From assembly GCF_000150275.1 (NCBI RefSeq), contig NW_002060970.1:22197-86196 (forward strand): a DNA stretch of 64,000 nucleotides. The letters are read 5' to 3'. This DNA comes from Trichoplax adhaerens. Its lineage: Eukaryota; Animalia; Placozoa. Made by a program: the position numbers and the translations under genes. Under the pieces are notes generated by a model. The model ran no database searches and had not been told where the DNA came from. It saw nothing but the letters and a program-made list of their open reading frames with translations. Of the stretch, positions 52,376-64,000 are shown one piece after another (the first letter of the stretch is position 1; each line of letters opens with the position of its first letter).

Positions 52376-55300
52376 ATGAAAATTCGTTTTAAGTACTTCA
52401 TTCCGGGAGTAATGTGGATTTATTCCATCCAGGTAATTAATCGTCTGGTTAGAAATCAGTTTATGAACCATCTATAGTTACTATCAAAGAGAACTTTTAA
52501 AGATAATAAAATAGTGCAATATTGAGACTATATTCTGAACCGTTTTCGATATTTCCGCTGTCTATGCTCCTATTCTTAGTATTCTAATTTAATTTTTTAC
52601 AGATGTACATTCAGCCAACTGCAGGTAATGTAAATCTTTTTAAACTGTATGTAGTTTCTTTAACTACTTTTGAAAATAAAATTAGAATAGCAATCACGTT
52701 AACCTAATCAAGAAGTGACTGACAGAAGCAGTACAAAAGCATTCAGTTTGCCACTTACCTAAATATACGCTAAAATTTGCCAACTAATCACTATAATATT
52801 AAATTAATGAATATAAATCATAGCAGATCATTTAATCTTATATTTTAGAATTAAAAATTCAATTAGATAATTTAAGCATTAAAACAATTTTTCCTGATAT
52901 AAGAAAATTGTAACGAGAAGTGCAAAACATCTGTTATAACGAGGCTTTTAATTTCTATTTAAATACTTACTACATTATCAAGTATAAAATATTTATATTT
53001 TGTTTTCCTTTTATAAAGATAGAAACATTAGCAAATGAAGATTTTGTCGTAATCTACAAATATTTACAACAATTAAATACAACCAATTGTATAAGTAAAA
53101 TATAACTGCAATACCATGGACAATTACGATTGAGTGTTTTTATTTCTGAATCAAATTTCATTGTCACTCTATAATATTTATTGCTAGCTCTAATAGTAAC
53201 TTTAAAATAGAGATATAGCGAAGTTTCATAGTTAAAGAATTTTCGAAAATAATTTCATTTATGAAGACATTAGAATAAATTTTCTCATTTTGAACAGTAC
53301 ATAAGAAACAAAACCTGTTCTAATAATGTTAGAGTGTAGATCACACAAGTGATTTATAGTAGTAGGTTTATTATTGATTCTCTATCAATTGAGATCTTAT
53401 GTAATAACAAAAAACTCTGATAGACCACGAAAACTTCCTACAACAGCAGATCTTTAAAAAGAAGGACTGTTACAGTGTTAAATACTGTATTACAGTAGAA
53501 ATAACTATGTTAGGATAATTCTGTTAGACTATCCTTATTTAGTTAACTTCTAATTTGGATATACTGAGTTTTAATATAGTACTGACTTTTTAAGACAGTG
53601 ACACTTATACACATACTGAAATTAATAGTTATAATAGGGAATGCAAATCATCTACTTACAGTTCGAATCATTGTGATTGTAATTTACTTATGGTAGACGG
53701 TAAATTATCATGAAAATGTTCCGTGATAGGACTGTGATATATACCAATCACGACATTCCAAATTTTAGAAAAATAAGGGCTTTATTCAATCTTATACAAA
53801 GATTAACTACACAGCCCTACTCTAGCCGAATACTACTTCTAAAGACTTCTACAACGAACTAACAGAATAATCTAAAGTTGCACGCTTTTATACTTTCCGT
53901 AGCATTCGCAGCTACAATCCGCATGGCAACCTTTTACCTTATTTTACACATAGTTAAATTATTCTTGGTAAGACTATTCTACTGCGGACCATCATTAATC
54001 CAATACGGATACGACTACAGTACTTACGTAGACATTATTCACACCAAGCAAAGTACAATGAATTAACCATATCCTAATATATGATTTACAGTTCTATTTT
54101 TACCTACAGCCATATTAGTAACTCAACAGCTTACTGTATATAGTCATCTGTACTCTAGCATAGAGTCTCTACCACTACAGTCTATAGTTACAGCTACCAA
54201 ATATCTCTTAGGATAAATATCTACCGTACATTATACTACACATGGCTAACAGTCTACAATCACAATACTAAATTACATTACAAGGACATATCGTAATCTG
54301 ACTATTCTGTATTAGTCATTACATGTCTATGTTCGTAAATACTGTTGTCTGCATTAAGGGAGCAGTAGCTAAAATTAATATCTAATTCAGTAAATAATTC
54401 CGAGGTTATTGGATTAACTATGACTCATGAACTATTGAGAAGTAGTATATAAATGCAGTATATCGTGAAATAAAGAAGAATTCTCCAACTTAGAGTTTAA
54501 CGTAAAATACGGGGCGTTTAAGTCTTTGTGTAGTCTGCTAGTAGAGCAAAAGTGTTTGCGATAGTGCAGATATCGTTCCTTGATACGTGGTTCAAGGAAT
54601 TGACTTATTGATCGTATATTACGTTATCTTGTTGCAAAGCTGTTTTGTGACAAGGACTAAGAACAGCAGCGACAGGAAAGTGTAGCCGCTTAAAATACTT
54701 TATTAAAGTTATTTACAACATAACAATTGCGAAAAACATCACTTGACACTTACAAAACTTAGTTTGAGAATAAAATTCTATGATTAGTATCATATTTTAC
54801 GAAGCTGAAATCAACATACTTGAATTATCGCAAAAATTGCTTATATATAGCTATTGTTATCAGCAGTCCTAGATTTTGGTATATATTTAAGTTATATCTA
54901 ATTCATTTCTAAAAAACCTGTTGACAACAATAAAGTTATAAATCTCTAAATGATAATAATTATATTGTTCCTAAATATTAAATTACACTATTATTTAATG
55001 GAAACTACCAATAGTACAGCGATTAAGTTAGTACTTCATCTACAATACAAACTTGTATCTATTGTAAGTTTAGATATTCTTATTGAAATTATGCTTACTA
55101 AAATAAATAGTATACATGAGCTATAGGAAATTTTGGTAAAATTTATTGGAGCTTGATTTATCTCATGATATTATTAATATAAATCTTATTTAAATGCAGT
55201 AACTGTTAATAATCAATGATTACTATATAGACGACAATTGTTAGATACCTTTATTCTTAAATGTATTGTTGTTGCCAATTATGACAAATGTACGGTATAC

Positions 55301-58300
55301 TCTTTGTTTTAGTAACATACTAGATTTAAGCAAACATCAACTTCTAATATATCATATATTTATGAATACGACATACAGCTAATTGTAAAGTTACCAATTT
55401 TCTGCTATTTAATTTCATTTAATAGCANNNNNNNNNNNNNNNNNNNNNNNNNNNNNNNNNNNNNNNNNNNNNNNNNNTATTGCACATAAGTTTTGGCAGA
55501 TATGAAAAACCTTTATGCCATAGAAAATCTTAGAAAAGTACTAAGAAAAATCAAAACAGAATAGTAAAATTTCATGAATACCTTACCTAACTTATTGCAA
55601 ATATCATCACTTAAAACATACAGTACTTAGCACGACAATAAAGTTCTATGATTATTATTATATTGTATAAAGCTGAAATCAGTATACTCAGGATATCAGT
55701 AACATTACTTATCTGTGCTTATTGCTGTTAACAGCTCAAGATTTGGCATTATTTTTTAGCTATATCTAGTTTACTTCTTCACAAAATGTTAACAACAATA
55801 ACTTATACTTATTTGACAGCTTCACTACAGCCAATAATTCCTTTCCGAAATTTTTACTTTGAAGTAATAATGCCAAAGGTTTTTAGCAAGCTTATTACCT
55901 TATCATAGTAGTATGCTGATCTTAATAAATGCATCAATATCTTCTTCACTAGATAAAACTTACAAAATTTAGCAATGAATACTTATACATACAAAATATG
56001 CATCGTAAAATTCACGAATATAACGATATCTATAAATGTTTTTTCCATAATTTTCCAAAATTAAATCTCGATAACAGTTTAATAATCATGCACTCCACCA
56101 TATAAAAGTTTTAGAAATTTTCAGCGGACAAAGATGGCTTATAGCATAGTTAGTAAGCAATATTATAATTTTGATTAATTCGTTGAGTAGTCCTAATCGG
56201 AAACTATTACAAGAAGGAAGCAGCAATGGAAAATTTCATTAACGTACTTTCAGGGCTATGGTTGTTTAAATATATAATTAGACGCGCTTTTTACTAGCCC
56301 CACTTTCAATCCCAAAATTCAGTACCGAGCACTAAATCATCAACAACTTTCATAGTACAATTAAAAAAAAGAGATTAACTACCACTGCTAGAAAAATTAA
56401 GACACTTAGATATAACCAGTATCGAAGAAAATTTGATTGCTTTTTAGTCTGGCTTATATCTTCACTTTGCGCTATTAATTGACTGTTGTATAACTAAAGT
56501 AGTTGTACTGATAAAGTAATCGGTCTCAATCTGATGTACCTTTGATTTCATATGATAATTTCAAGTAAACTAAATTCGAGGGATTATAAAATTATTAGCT
56601 TGGCTTTATAAGAACAGATCGCTTGTTTTACTGTATATTAATTAAATTTGGCATGATAAAACAAAATAATCAATTGACATTATTTTAAATCTCTATAATA
56701 GCTACTGAAAATTATACACCTCTTGCGTGAGATTTAAAGCGGATATCTATATCAAAATAAGCTTACTTTAAATTTAATGCAGGATCTGAGCCTTGCCCAA
56801 GCGATTGGTACTTTTATGGCCCAGAAAATGTTTGTTTACACTTGGTTGACAAGAACGCTAAATTTCACATTGCTAAGAAAACCTGCTGGAATAATTTTAC
56901 CGCAGGGCTCTTATACATCGATAGTGCTAAGAAGGAAAACTTCATTAAGACTAACATTATTGTCAATAAGCATACGTTTTATTGGCTTGGATTAAAAGAC
57001 CTTGTTGGTGATGATAAACTAGAATCTCACCGATGGCTAGCTTCGAATAAAACCTTGGCGGAAAGCAATTATATAAATTTGGCAAATAATAGACCACCCA
57101 GGATAGATGCATATAAATGTATTATCATATATTTTCGACGGACGCCTGAATGGCGGGAAGAAAGATGCGGTAGTAAAAATAAATTCATCTGCGAAAAAGG
57201 TTTAGAAACAAAGTTAATCAATCTGCATTTAAATACAAATGAAGAGCAAATGCCTTCCTAAACCGATTCAAGATATAGGCCGAGCTGTTTTTTATCCGTT
57301 TCATTCCTAAATTCAGCCATTTCACGATAATTTATTTGTTAAAGTTGTTTAAAATGTGCTAAGTTATTTTCTTTAGCTTTATTCTTTGTCAAACACAAGA
57401 CAAATTTTACGTAGTAATCACACCGCTTAGTTCTAATACAATTGCAGTAACGGTAATAAATTTATTAAGTCTAGTAATACCAATTTATAAGACTTCTTCT
57501 TGTAAAATATATTGACAGAGCATTGAATAATTTTTCTCTTTGCTTAGCTGCAAGTTCTTCAGCAATGGTATCCGCAACAAAAAGTTCCTTGGGTATGTAT
57601 TTTGAATAAATTTCTTGCAGCTTACTATTTATTATAGTGATTTTCTATTCAAATTTTCTAAATATCATGGTATTGAATGAATTGCGGCATTTCATTCAGC
57701 TATGATCTCATCCTCAGAAGGACGATATAGTAAACATGTTAAATGATGCGATTACTCTTACATGTAAACATTAATTTCACGAATACAAAATTAACGTGCG
57801 TAATGATCGAAATTATTTATTCATTAGTTAGTTCTAAGTTTATGCCTTTCCTAGCAGCGATATAAGATATAGACTGTAAATTCTTCTAACATGAGTATAG
57901 CATGATTAACCAATATTTATTACTGCTATTGGAACCCAAACCTGTTATCAACTATAACAGCGTTTAATTTTCAACTTTATAATTAAATCTCAAAGCTATG
58001 TTCATATTAAAGTTAGCTGCACAGTAATTTATCTTGGTAGAAGATTTAAATCAGCTTATAAATAGTAGTAAGCAATCCCAATATTATATTATGTTGCAAG
58101 AAAAATGTTTGTCCATGCAATACATACGCTAATGTTACTTTATTTCTTATGCTGTGTTAAAGTATGATATTTACTGTGGCTATTTCTTAACAGTTGATTA
58201 TGAAATTACCTCTTTGCAAAAAATAGCATCATGTACGATTATTAGGCCAGAATGAATACTCATAAATTAGAAAAAGGACATTCATAGAACTATGAAAACA

Positions 58301-61300
58301 ACACTAAAAAATGATAGCTTGGCTGGGTATAATGACATTTTAAAATAAATATACTACAATTTTTACAATTTATGGATACTACGTAACATCAGTCCAATGA
58401 TGTTAAGCAGCTTGTATAATAAAGACAGTCAGTACGATTATTACGCTAAGGTAGATAAAATTATATTCGCAAGTCACTAATTATAGTCACCAATTCTAGT
58501 CATCAATTCTAGTCATCAATTCTAGTCTTGAGTATTTCATAAGGCAGTTAATGTTGTTAATTATAAATTGTTTAGATTACAATTTCAATAGTGATAGCTG
58601 CTTGGTACGGTGTATAAGTTATAGTGACCATTAGTAGTTTGTAATCCATATACAAGGGTCTGCATGATGATAAATATACAGTTTCTGCCGAATATTTTGC
58701 GATTAATAATAAAATGATACCAATCAAACCCTCCTGTTATATCATAATAAAGATTACTATCTTACTGATAGATTACTGTACCTCGGGACTTGAATATCTA
58801 TTATATTATAATTACCTTACTGACTATAATTATTTCTTACTAGTCGTATCTCAAATGATTCAGCCTTCAATGATGATATCGTGTATAGTCCATGTAGACC
58901 ATACACATACATATTAATAAATACTAATAACTACCTATAATTCAGTTGTGAATCTATAAGTCTGTGTTTCACAACTTTGCTAAATGTATAAGTAACTAAT
59001 TTTGCTCCTGCTGTATCCGCTCTACCGTAATATACCGTTGCTAATAAGCGTCACTGACTAGACTAGTTCAGTATATGACCTTATTCAGCAGTGAGTATAT
59101 CCAGACAACTTCATAAATCATCTTTATTTGAACGATAGAATATACTACTAGAAAATGTAATATGAGAACTCATTCTATGATTAAAGGCTCCCTCTTATAT
59201 ACCTGTGCCGATTTCCGTCGGTGTAAATTAATACATAATTCTATTTACAACATACTCGATTTTGTATAAATATATTTATGATAATTAGTATAGAATAAAT
59301 ATATGCTAATTAATATTGAGTGCTTACTACTCTTGCTCCAATTAAGAAATCAACTAGACTTGTTAACTAACAACTCACAGTTACAAGTGTGACAATCTCT
59401 ATTACACATTATACTCTTATTTAATGATTTAAATCGTCAGAGTCGCTAATGGAAATCCATAAAAGATTTAACATATTACAACTCTACTTTAGATAAAAAT
59501 ATGAATAAATATTTATTTATTAACAGTAATGGTGAACCGTAACACTGTGATAGTATAAGTCTTGCAAACATAACTAAACATATACTTGTAATTAGTGATA
59601 AATTTGCGATACTAACGAAAACCCATCATTTGCACTTAATGACACTAAGGGAATTTCACAGTCTACAGCTTTTGAAATTGAGAGCTTGTCATCACTTACG
59701 GCTATTCAAGATAATAGATTATCATCACCTATAGCTATTGGAGATAGTAGATTATCATCAAATACAGGCATTAAATATGGCAAATTATCATCATCTACAG
59801 CAATAAAAAATAATAAACTGTCACCTGATATAGCTGCTGAAGATAACAGATTATCATCATCTACACCTGTTGGATATGATAGATTATCATCAGGCACAAC
59901 CATTAAAGATGGTAGATCATTATCATCTATAGCTTTGGAAGATTATAAATTATTACTATCTACAGTCTTTAAAACCACATGGCTATCAGCATCTACAGCT
60001 ACTAAAGCTAATAGATTATCACCAGATACAGCTATTAATAGTAACAGATTATCCCCATCCACCACCATTGAAGCTGATAAGCTATCTTCATTTACACTTT
60101 CTGAAGACAATATATTACCACTATCCTTAGCCATTAAAGATACTGAGCTACCTTCATGAAATAGCGTAATATTGTCATTAGGTAAAATCATGCAAAATTT
60201 TTATCAGTTTTCGAATTTATATGCTTTTTTTCTATTATAAATAGCATCAATTAAGACATGTAAGTTACCGATTTAATTTCTGAAAGGAAGATTGTAGAAA
60301 AATAATCTATAATGATCATTTCTAATTTTAGCAATGCCCTACATCTTTAGTGGCTTCATGATATATATAACTACCTCTTTATACATGCAGTAAATTAGCT
60401 CATGCAAGAAACTTCTGAATGAAGGATAGTTAATAATATATTACTAACATTACAACTACTACTTATTTCGACATAAGATGGAGAAAGATTGATGGCCTTA
60501 TAGCCCTTCTCCTGGAGGTTATAAGCAAATGCGATTATGCAGACTATTTATACGTTGCATATTAAGAATTTGAAGCATCAGTTTCAAAATTGCTATTCTT
60601 AACCACTGTTCACGGTCTTTACAACTATTATATATAATCAAAAAGCTTTATTATCGATACAAAATTTGATATTAAGAAGCTTTAAATCGCATACATTAGT
60701 TCCAATATTTGACTTTAATTAAAATCACATTAAATATAGCATAAAATATGACCTTTAATTTAGGCAGATAGTTAGATGACCGTGCGACCAGTGACCATAA
60801 GTAGAGGGGCTGCGAAAATTATATTAATAACTCGTGAAAAAATGACGGATTCAATAGTGGATAAAGAATATGATTTGCTATTTTTTTTAATTTGCTTCAT
60901 TTCTTTATAGCACCACCTTTAGAATCTCAAGTAACCATATTGTCCAAATATTCCAAGACATCGCCTTCTGAATCATCTAGTGCAAACCTTTTCGCTACAG
61001 GTGAGAGAGTATGTGAAAATTGACGAAACTTTTTATTTTGGATTTATGTTGCTAGTACTAAATACAAAGATACGTTTTGTAAACGAATTTCCCTGAATAT
61101 TATGATGTACGATGAACCTCTAGACCAAAATTTAGCAAATTTCATGCACTATTTATCCTATAAATTCAAGATAGATCTGCTCAATCGAATCTTTTGAGTC
61201 ACTTTCTATAACTACTTTATTTGATTGTACTGAATATTAATAATATCTTCTCATATAACAATACCGGCCAATGTTATTTGGTAAAATGCAATCTATTGTA

Positions 61301-63667
61301 GAAGTATTTGTTTAGGACGAAACAACAACTCAAAAGATGTAAAAGTGGCAGCATAATCATGTTTAACACAAAAATTTTCTAGAATGAAATAGTTGTAGAA
61401 GTATACTTTTAAATATACCATTTACAGTTGTATATTAAAGATAAACACGCATAGACCTTTACACACAAAATTTTAGAAGCTTTATCATAAAGACTAACAA
61501 TATCTAGTTAATTTTTTATCGCATATTTCCTTCAGAGTCCTTAGGATTTTCAATTTCTACTCATACAGAATTAGCTCAAGAATCGAATACTTTGCTCACA
61601 GGTACAAAATATCAAGTAGAGAACTAATAATTTAGATACATAATCTGCTTTCAGAATTCGATTTATCTAATTACACTTTTAATTGTCTCTGATACTTTTA
61701 AAAATCTACTGGTGTTACTACTATAAAATTTGGCACGTTATTGATAGGTAATGACTTATCAAATGATACTTGCCCTGAACGATCTTAACTGTTGTTTTAA
61801 TTTGAAATAAATAAAATTTAATTAAGTTGAAACTATTCATATTTACAGATTCAACAACTTTATTGGACTTAAAAGGTAGTTTTACTGCCTTGTTGATCGA
61901 TTTCAGCACTTCAAAAACAGGTATATTTACTTTTCTATTACCTATATCATTTACTAGGCTGCAATTCTTTAATAAACGGAAATTATGAAGTTATAAGTCG
62001 TAAAATATTTGTCTAAAAGTTTATAATCGCTCTTTCGCCGATTACTTTCTTAGAAGTAAATATTTGCTACCAACGAAATTAAGCATTTATCTTTCTAAAT
62101 TAGAAAAGTTTTTTAATGTTATGATCAAATTTACGATTAAATATGAGAAATAAATTGATCTGGTTTATATAATTTTTTGTCAAGATATGCAAGATATTTA
62201 TCAGTTCTTCACTACTGACAACAAATCGACCATCGCAAAATACACTGCAACCTCAGATGTACAAGAAAAAGTAAATACCAATTTGTATAGCTCTGGAAGT
62301 ACATTCACATTTGATTACAACAAGAAAAGCCTCTCTTCCAGAATTGAACCAAATATCTATTTAACTACCGTTGACGATATTGAGTCAGCTTCCTCGTTCT
62401 CTCAGCTATATTCTAGCTGTTATCAGCCGTCCATAAGCCACTGGCCTACATTTTCGTCACAATCTATCTTGAATAGTAATCAGAATATCAATACAAATGC
62501 AGATAGACTCAATAGTGTTTCCTTCAAATCCTTAGCCGGTAAGCCATAGAACTTCGTAAAGTAATAAACTAGTGGAACCATTTAATGTAGTTACGATGTT
62601 AGCATTGTTATCGATTCATGTTACAGTGTTATGCACTGTAATATCGAGATTATAGTAGAAACATCTATGACAGGATAATTTTGTTGATTTACCCTTATAT
62701 GAACGGTTTCTAATTTAGATAAGTGATATTTAAGTATAGCATTAGTTTTTATGGTGATATATACAGCCTACTGAAATTAATAGTTTAATTAGGAAATCGA
62801 GAATAATCTTTTTAAAATTCAAGTCACCGTGATTGAGATTTAATTATGGTAGATTGTATATTATCGTAGAAATGTTCCGTGATTGGACATATTGTAATTT
62901 GACAATTTTGTATTAGTCATTCGATGTCTATGTTCGTAAATACTGTTGTCTTCATTAGGTAGCAGTAGATAAAATTAGCTTTAGATTCACTATCAGATTT
63001 CAACATTAATATTACTAGCTAGAATGCCTTTGCTATTGTAAAAGAGTATATAAAAGCGATACATCGTATACTAAAGTTAGTTCTTATGATTATTGTTTAA
63101 CGTAAGATACGAGGCGTCTAAGTCTTTTTGTAGTCTACTGCTATAGGAAAACTGTTCCTGAAAGAGTAGATGTTGCTCCCTGATACGTGGTTTAGGGAAT
63201 CGACTGATTGATCATGCATTACGTTATCTTATTGCAAAGCTGTTTTGTAACTATTCATAAATAAGTAATCAATAATTTTTTTAATTAAATTGATTAAACT
63301 TGCCTAATATTCAACAGCGTCTACTGACATCGATGTAACTACGCATCAGATCCCCTTCCATCCTACACCTACAGACCAAGACATTACTTTTAATCCTTTC
63401 GAGGAGGTGCTATAATAGTTATCTCTAATACAAACACGATGAAATCTTTTACTATATTTGCATTTGTTATTATTTTAGTATTCTAAAGTTCCTATTGTAA
63501 CAGCAAATGATACACTCAGGGCATTAGCAAAAATTAATGAAGAACTAGCGATCCATCCAATTCTAACAGTTCAAACAGCAAAGATTTACGGTCAAGGTTT
63601 AAATCAACTTATATCCAAGCTTATCACAAATGCATCAAATACTGAATTAATTATAGCATTATCACAG
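52376..63667 (+). CDS. Gene 3 (5' part, runs off the window): C-type lectin, repeat/micro-exon stalk and start of GAIN; third adhesion GPCR paralog
   Basis: Exons: 52376-52432 (MKIRFKYFIPGVMWIYSIQ), 52603-52624, 56783-57199 (CTL), 57548-57592, 57700-57729, probably 58194-58232, 59669-60181 (11-aa repeats, in-frame TGA), 60911-61000, 61536-61601, 61849-61920, 62185-62538, 63318-63406 (phase 1-0), 63479-63667 (phase 0-0 helical exon equivalent to 12044-12223 and 38252-38434). Same 57-nt + 22-nt + CTL start as gene 2. The 7TM is not in the window, so GPCR identity is inferred from paralogy. Confidence 0.75.
53468..54652 (+). mobile_element. Solo-LTR-like family C copy 2 (contains B4)
   Basis: TGTTAC...GTGACA with perfect TSD AGGAC (53463-53467 / 54653-54657). 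Confidence 0.86.
53733..54282 (-). mobile_element. Solo-LTR-like family B copy 4 nested in C2
   Basis: TGTGAT...TTACA with perfect TSD AGGAC; other family C copies have a single site here. Confidence 0.87.
54715..55807. repeat. Diverged direct repeat of about 220 bp (about 54715-54940 vs 55585-55807) in gene 3 intron 2
   Basis: Shared blocks aataaa.ttctatgatta, aagctgaaatca..atact, tatatcta and tgtt.acaacaataa. Confidence 0.7.
55428..55477. other. Assembly gap (50 N)
   Basis: N run. Confidence 1.
56783..57199 (+). CDS. Gene 3 C-type lectin-like domain exon (degenerate sugar site, basic)
   Basis: CPSDWYFYGPENVC..AKKTC..YWLGLKDLVGDD..NNRPPR..KC..WREERC..FICEK. Confidence 0.92.
58472..58527. 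repeat. 13-bp tandem repeat (agtcatcaattct), about 4.3 copies
   Basis: Directly visible in the sequence. Confidence 0.88.
59686..60156 (+). repeat. Coding minisatellite: 14 copies of a 33-bp unit (11 aa, consensus about LSSSTAIKDNR)
   Basis: The ORF splits exactly into 14 units of 11 aa plus LPS; recurring agattatcatc at the DNA level. Confidence 0.9.
62619..63252 (+). mobile_element. Solo-LTR-like family C copy 4 (gene 3 intron)
   Basis: TGTTACAGTG...TTTTGTAACT with perfect TSD ATTCA; homologous to C1 and C2. Confidence 0.83.
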
Positions 63668-64000
63668 GTAAAATAAGTATTAGAATATGAGTGAAATTTA
63701 GTTTATTGCATCTTTAATAAAATTAGAATTAATTCTAAATTACGTACATTTTTTTAATTTCAATCTGAATGAATACTAAAATAAGTCTATGATCAAAACG
63801 GTGGAATCTGTCAGCCGCACAATTTCAGCTCAATCTGATAAGGTCTGCTAATAGCTTAGTTTTCGTAATAGTGAATTTTTACCGTGTAAATATTGTGTAA
63901 TATTCTAAATTTTGCATTTTAATTTAATTTGTTAAGGTCAATAATTTAAATAACTATCTCAATGATGCAGTATATGTGAATTGTAAAACAACCTATTTTT

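Noticed and set aside
59686-60156. 33-bp periodic array as a CRISPR or antifreeze gene
   Set aside because: No repeat-spacer alternation and no cas genes; eukaryotic exon context; not Ala-rich like type I antifreeze proteins.
59706-60191. Minus-strand repetitive ORFs (DDNLLS repeats)
   Set aside because: Antisense shadow of the 33-bp coding repeat.

Overview
AT-rich, intron-dense eukaryotic (animal) DNA. The short AT-rich introns and 50-N scaffold gaps suggest a compact early-branching metazoan such as the placozoan Trichoplax; this is inference and was not verified. The window holds a head-to-tail + strand cluster of three paralogous adhesion GPCR genes, reconstructed exon by exon from GT/AG sites and reading-frame phase. 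The shared architecture is signal peptide, then C-type lectin domain(s), a Ser/Thr-rich stalk and a GAIN domain; genes 1 and 2 continue into a GPS with canonical HL|T cleavage site and THFA(I/L)LLQ tethered agonist and an ADGRD/GPR133-like 7TM. Gene 1 (4181 to >18408) has two lectin domains. Gene 2 (22834-44048, about 44 exons, about 1430 aa) has an EPN-type lectin and a stalk of about 20 symmetric phase-1 exons. Gene 3 (52376 to beyond the window end, cut off in its GAIN domain) has a 14x33-bp repeat stalk exon with an in-frame TGA. Introns and intergenic DNA carry three copies of a non-autonomous Helitron and about 11 copies of four families of TG...CA solo-LTR-like elements with 5-bp target-site duplications (TSDs), two of them nested. 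No rRNA, tRNA or CRISPR was seen. All exon models are manual predictions without transcript support.
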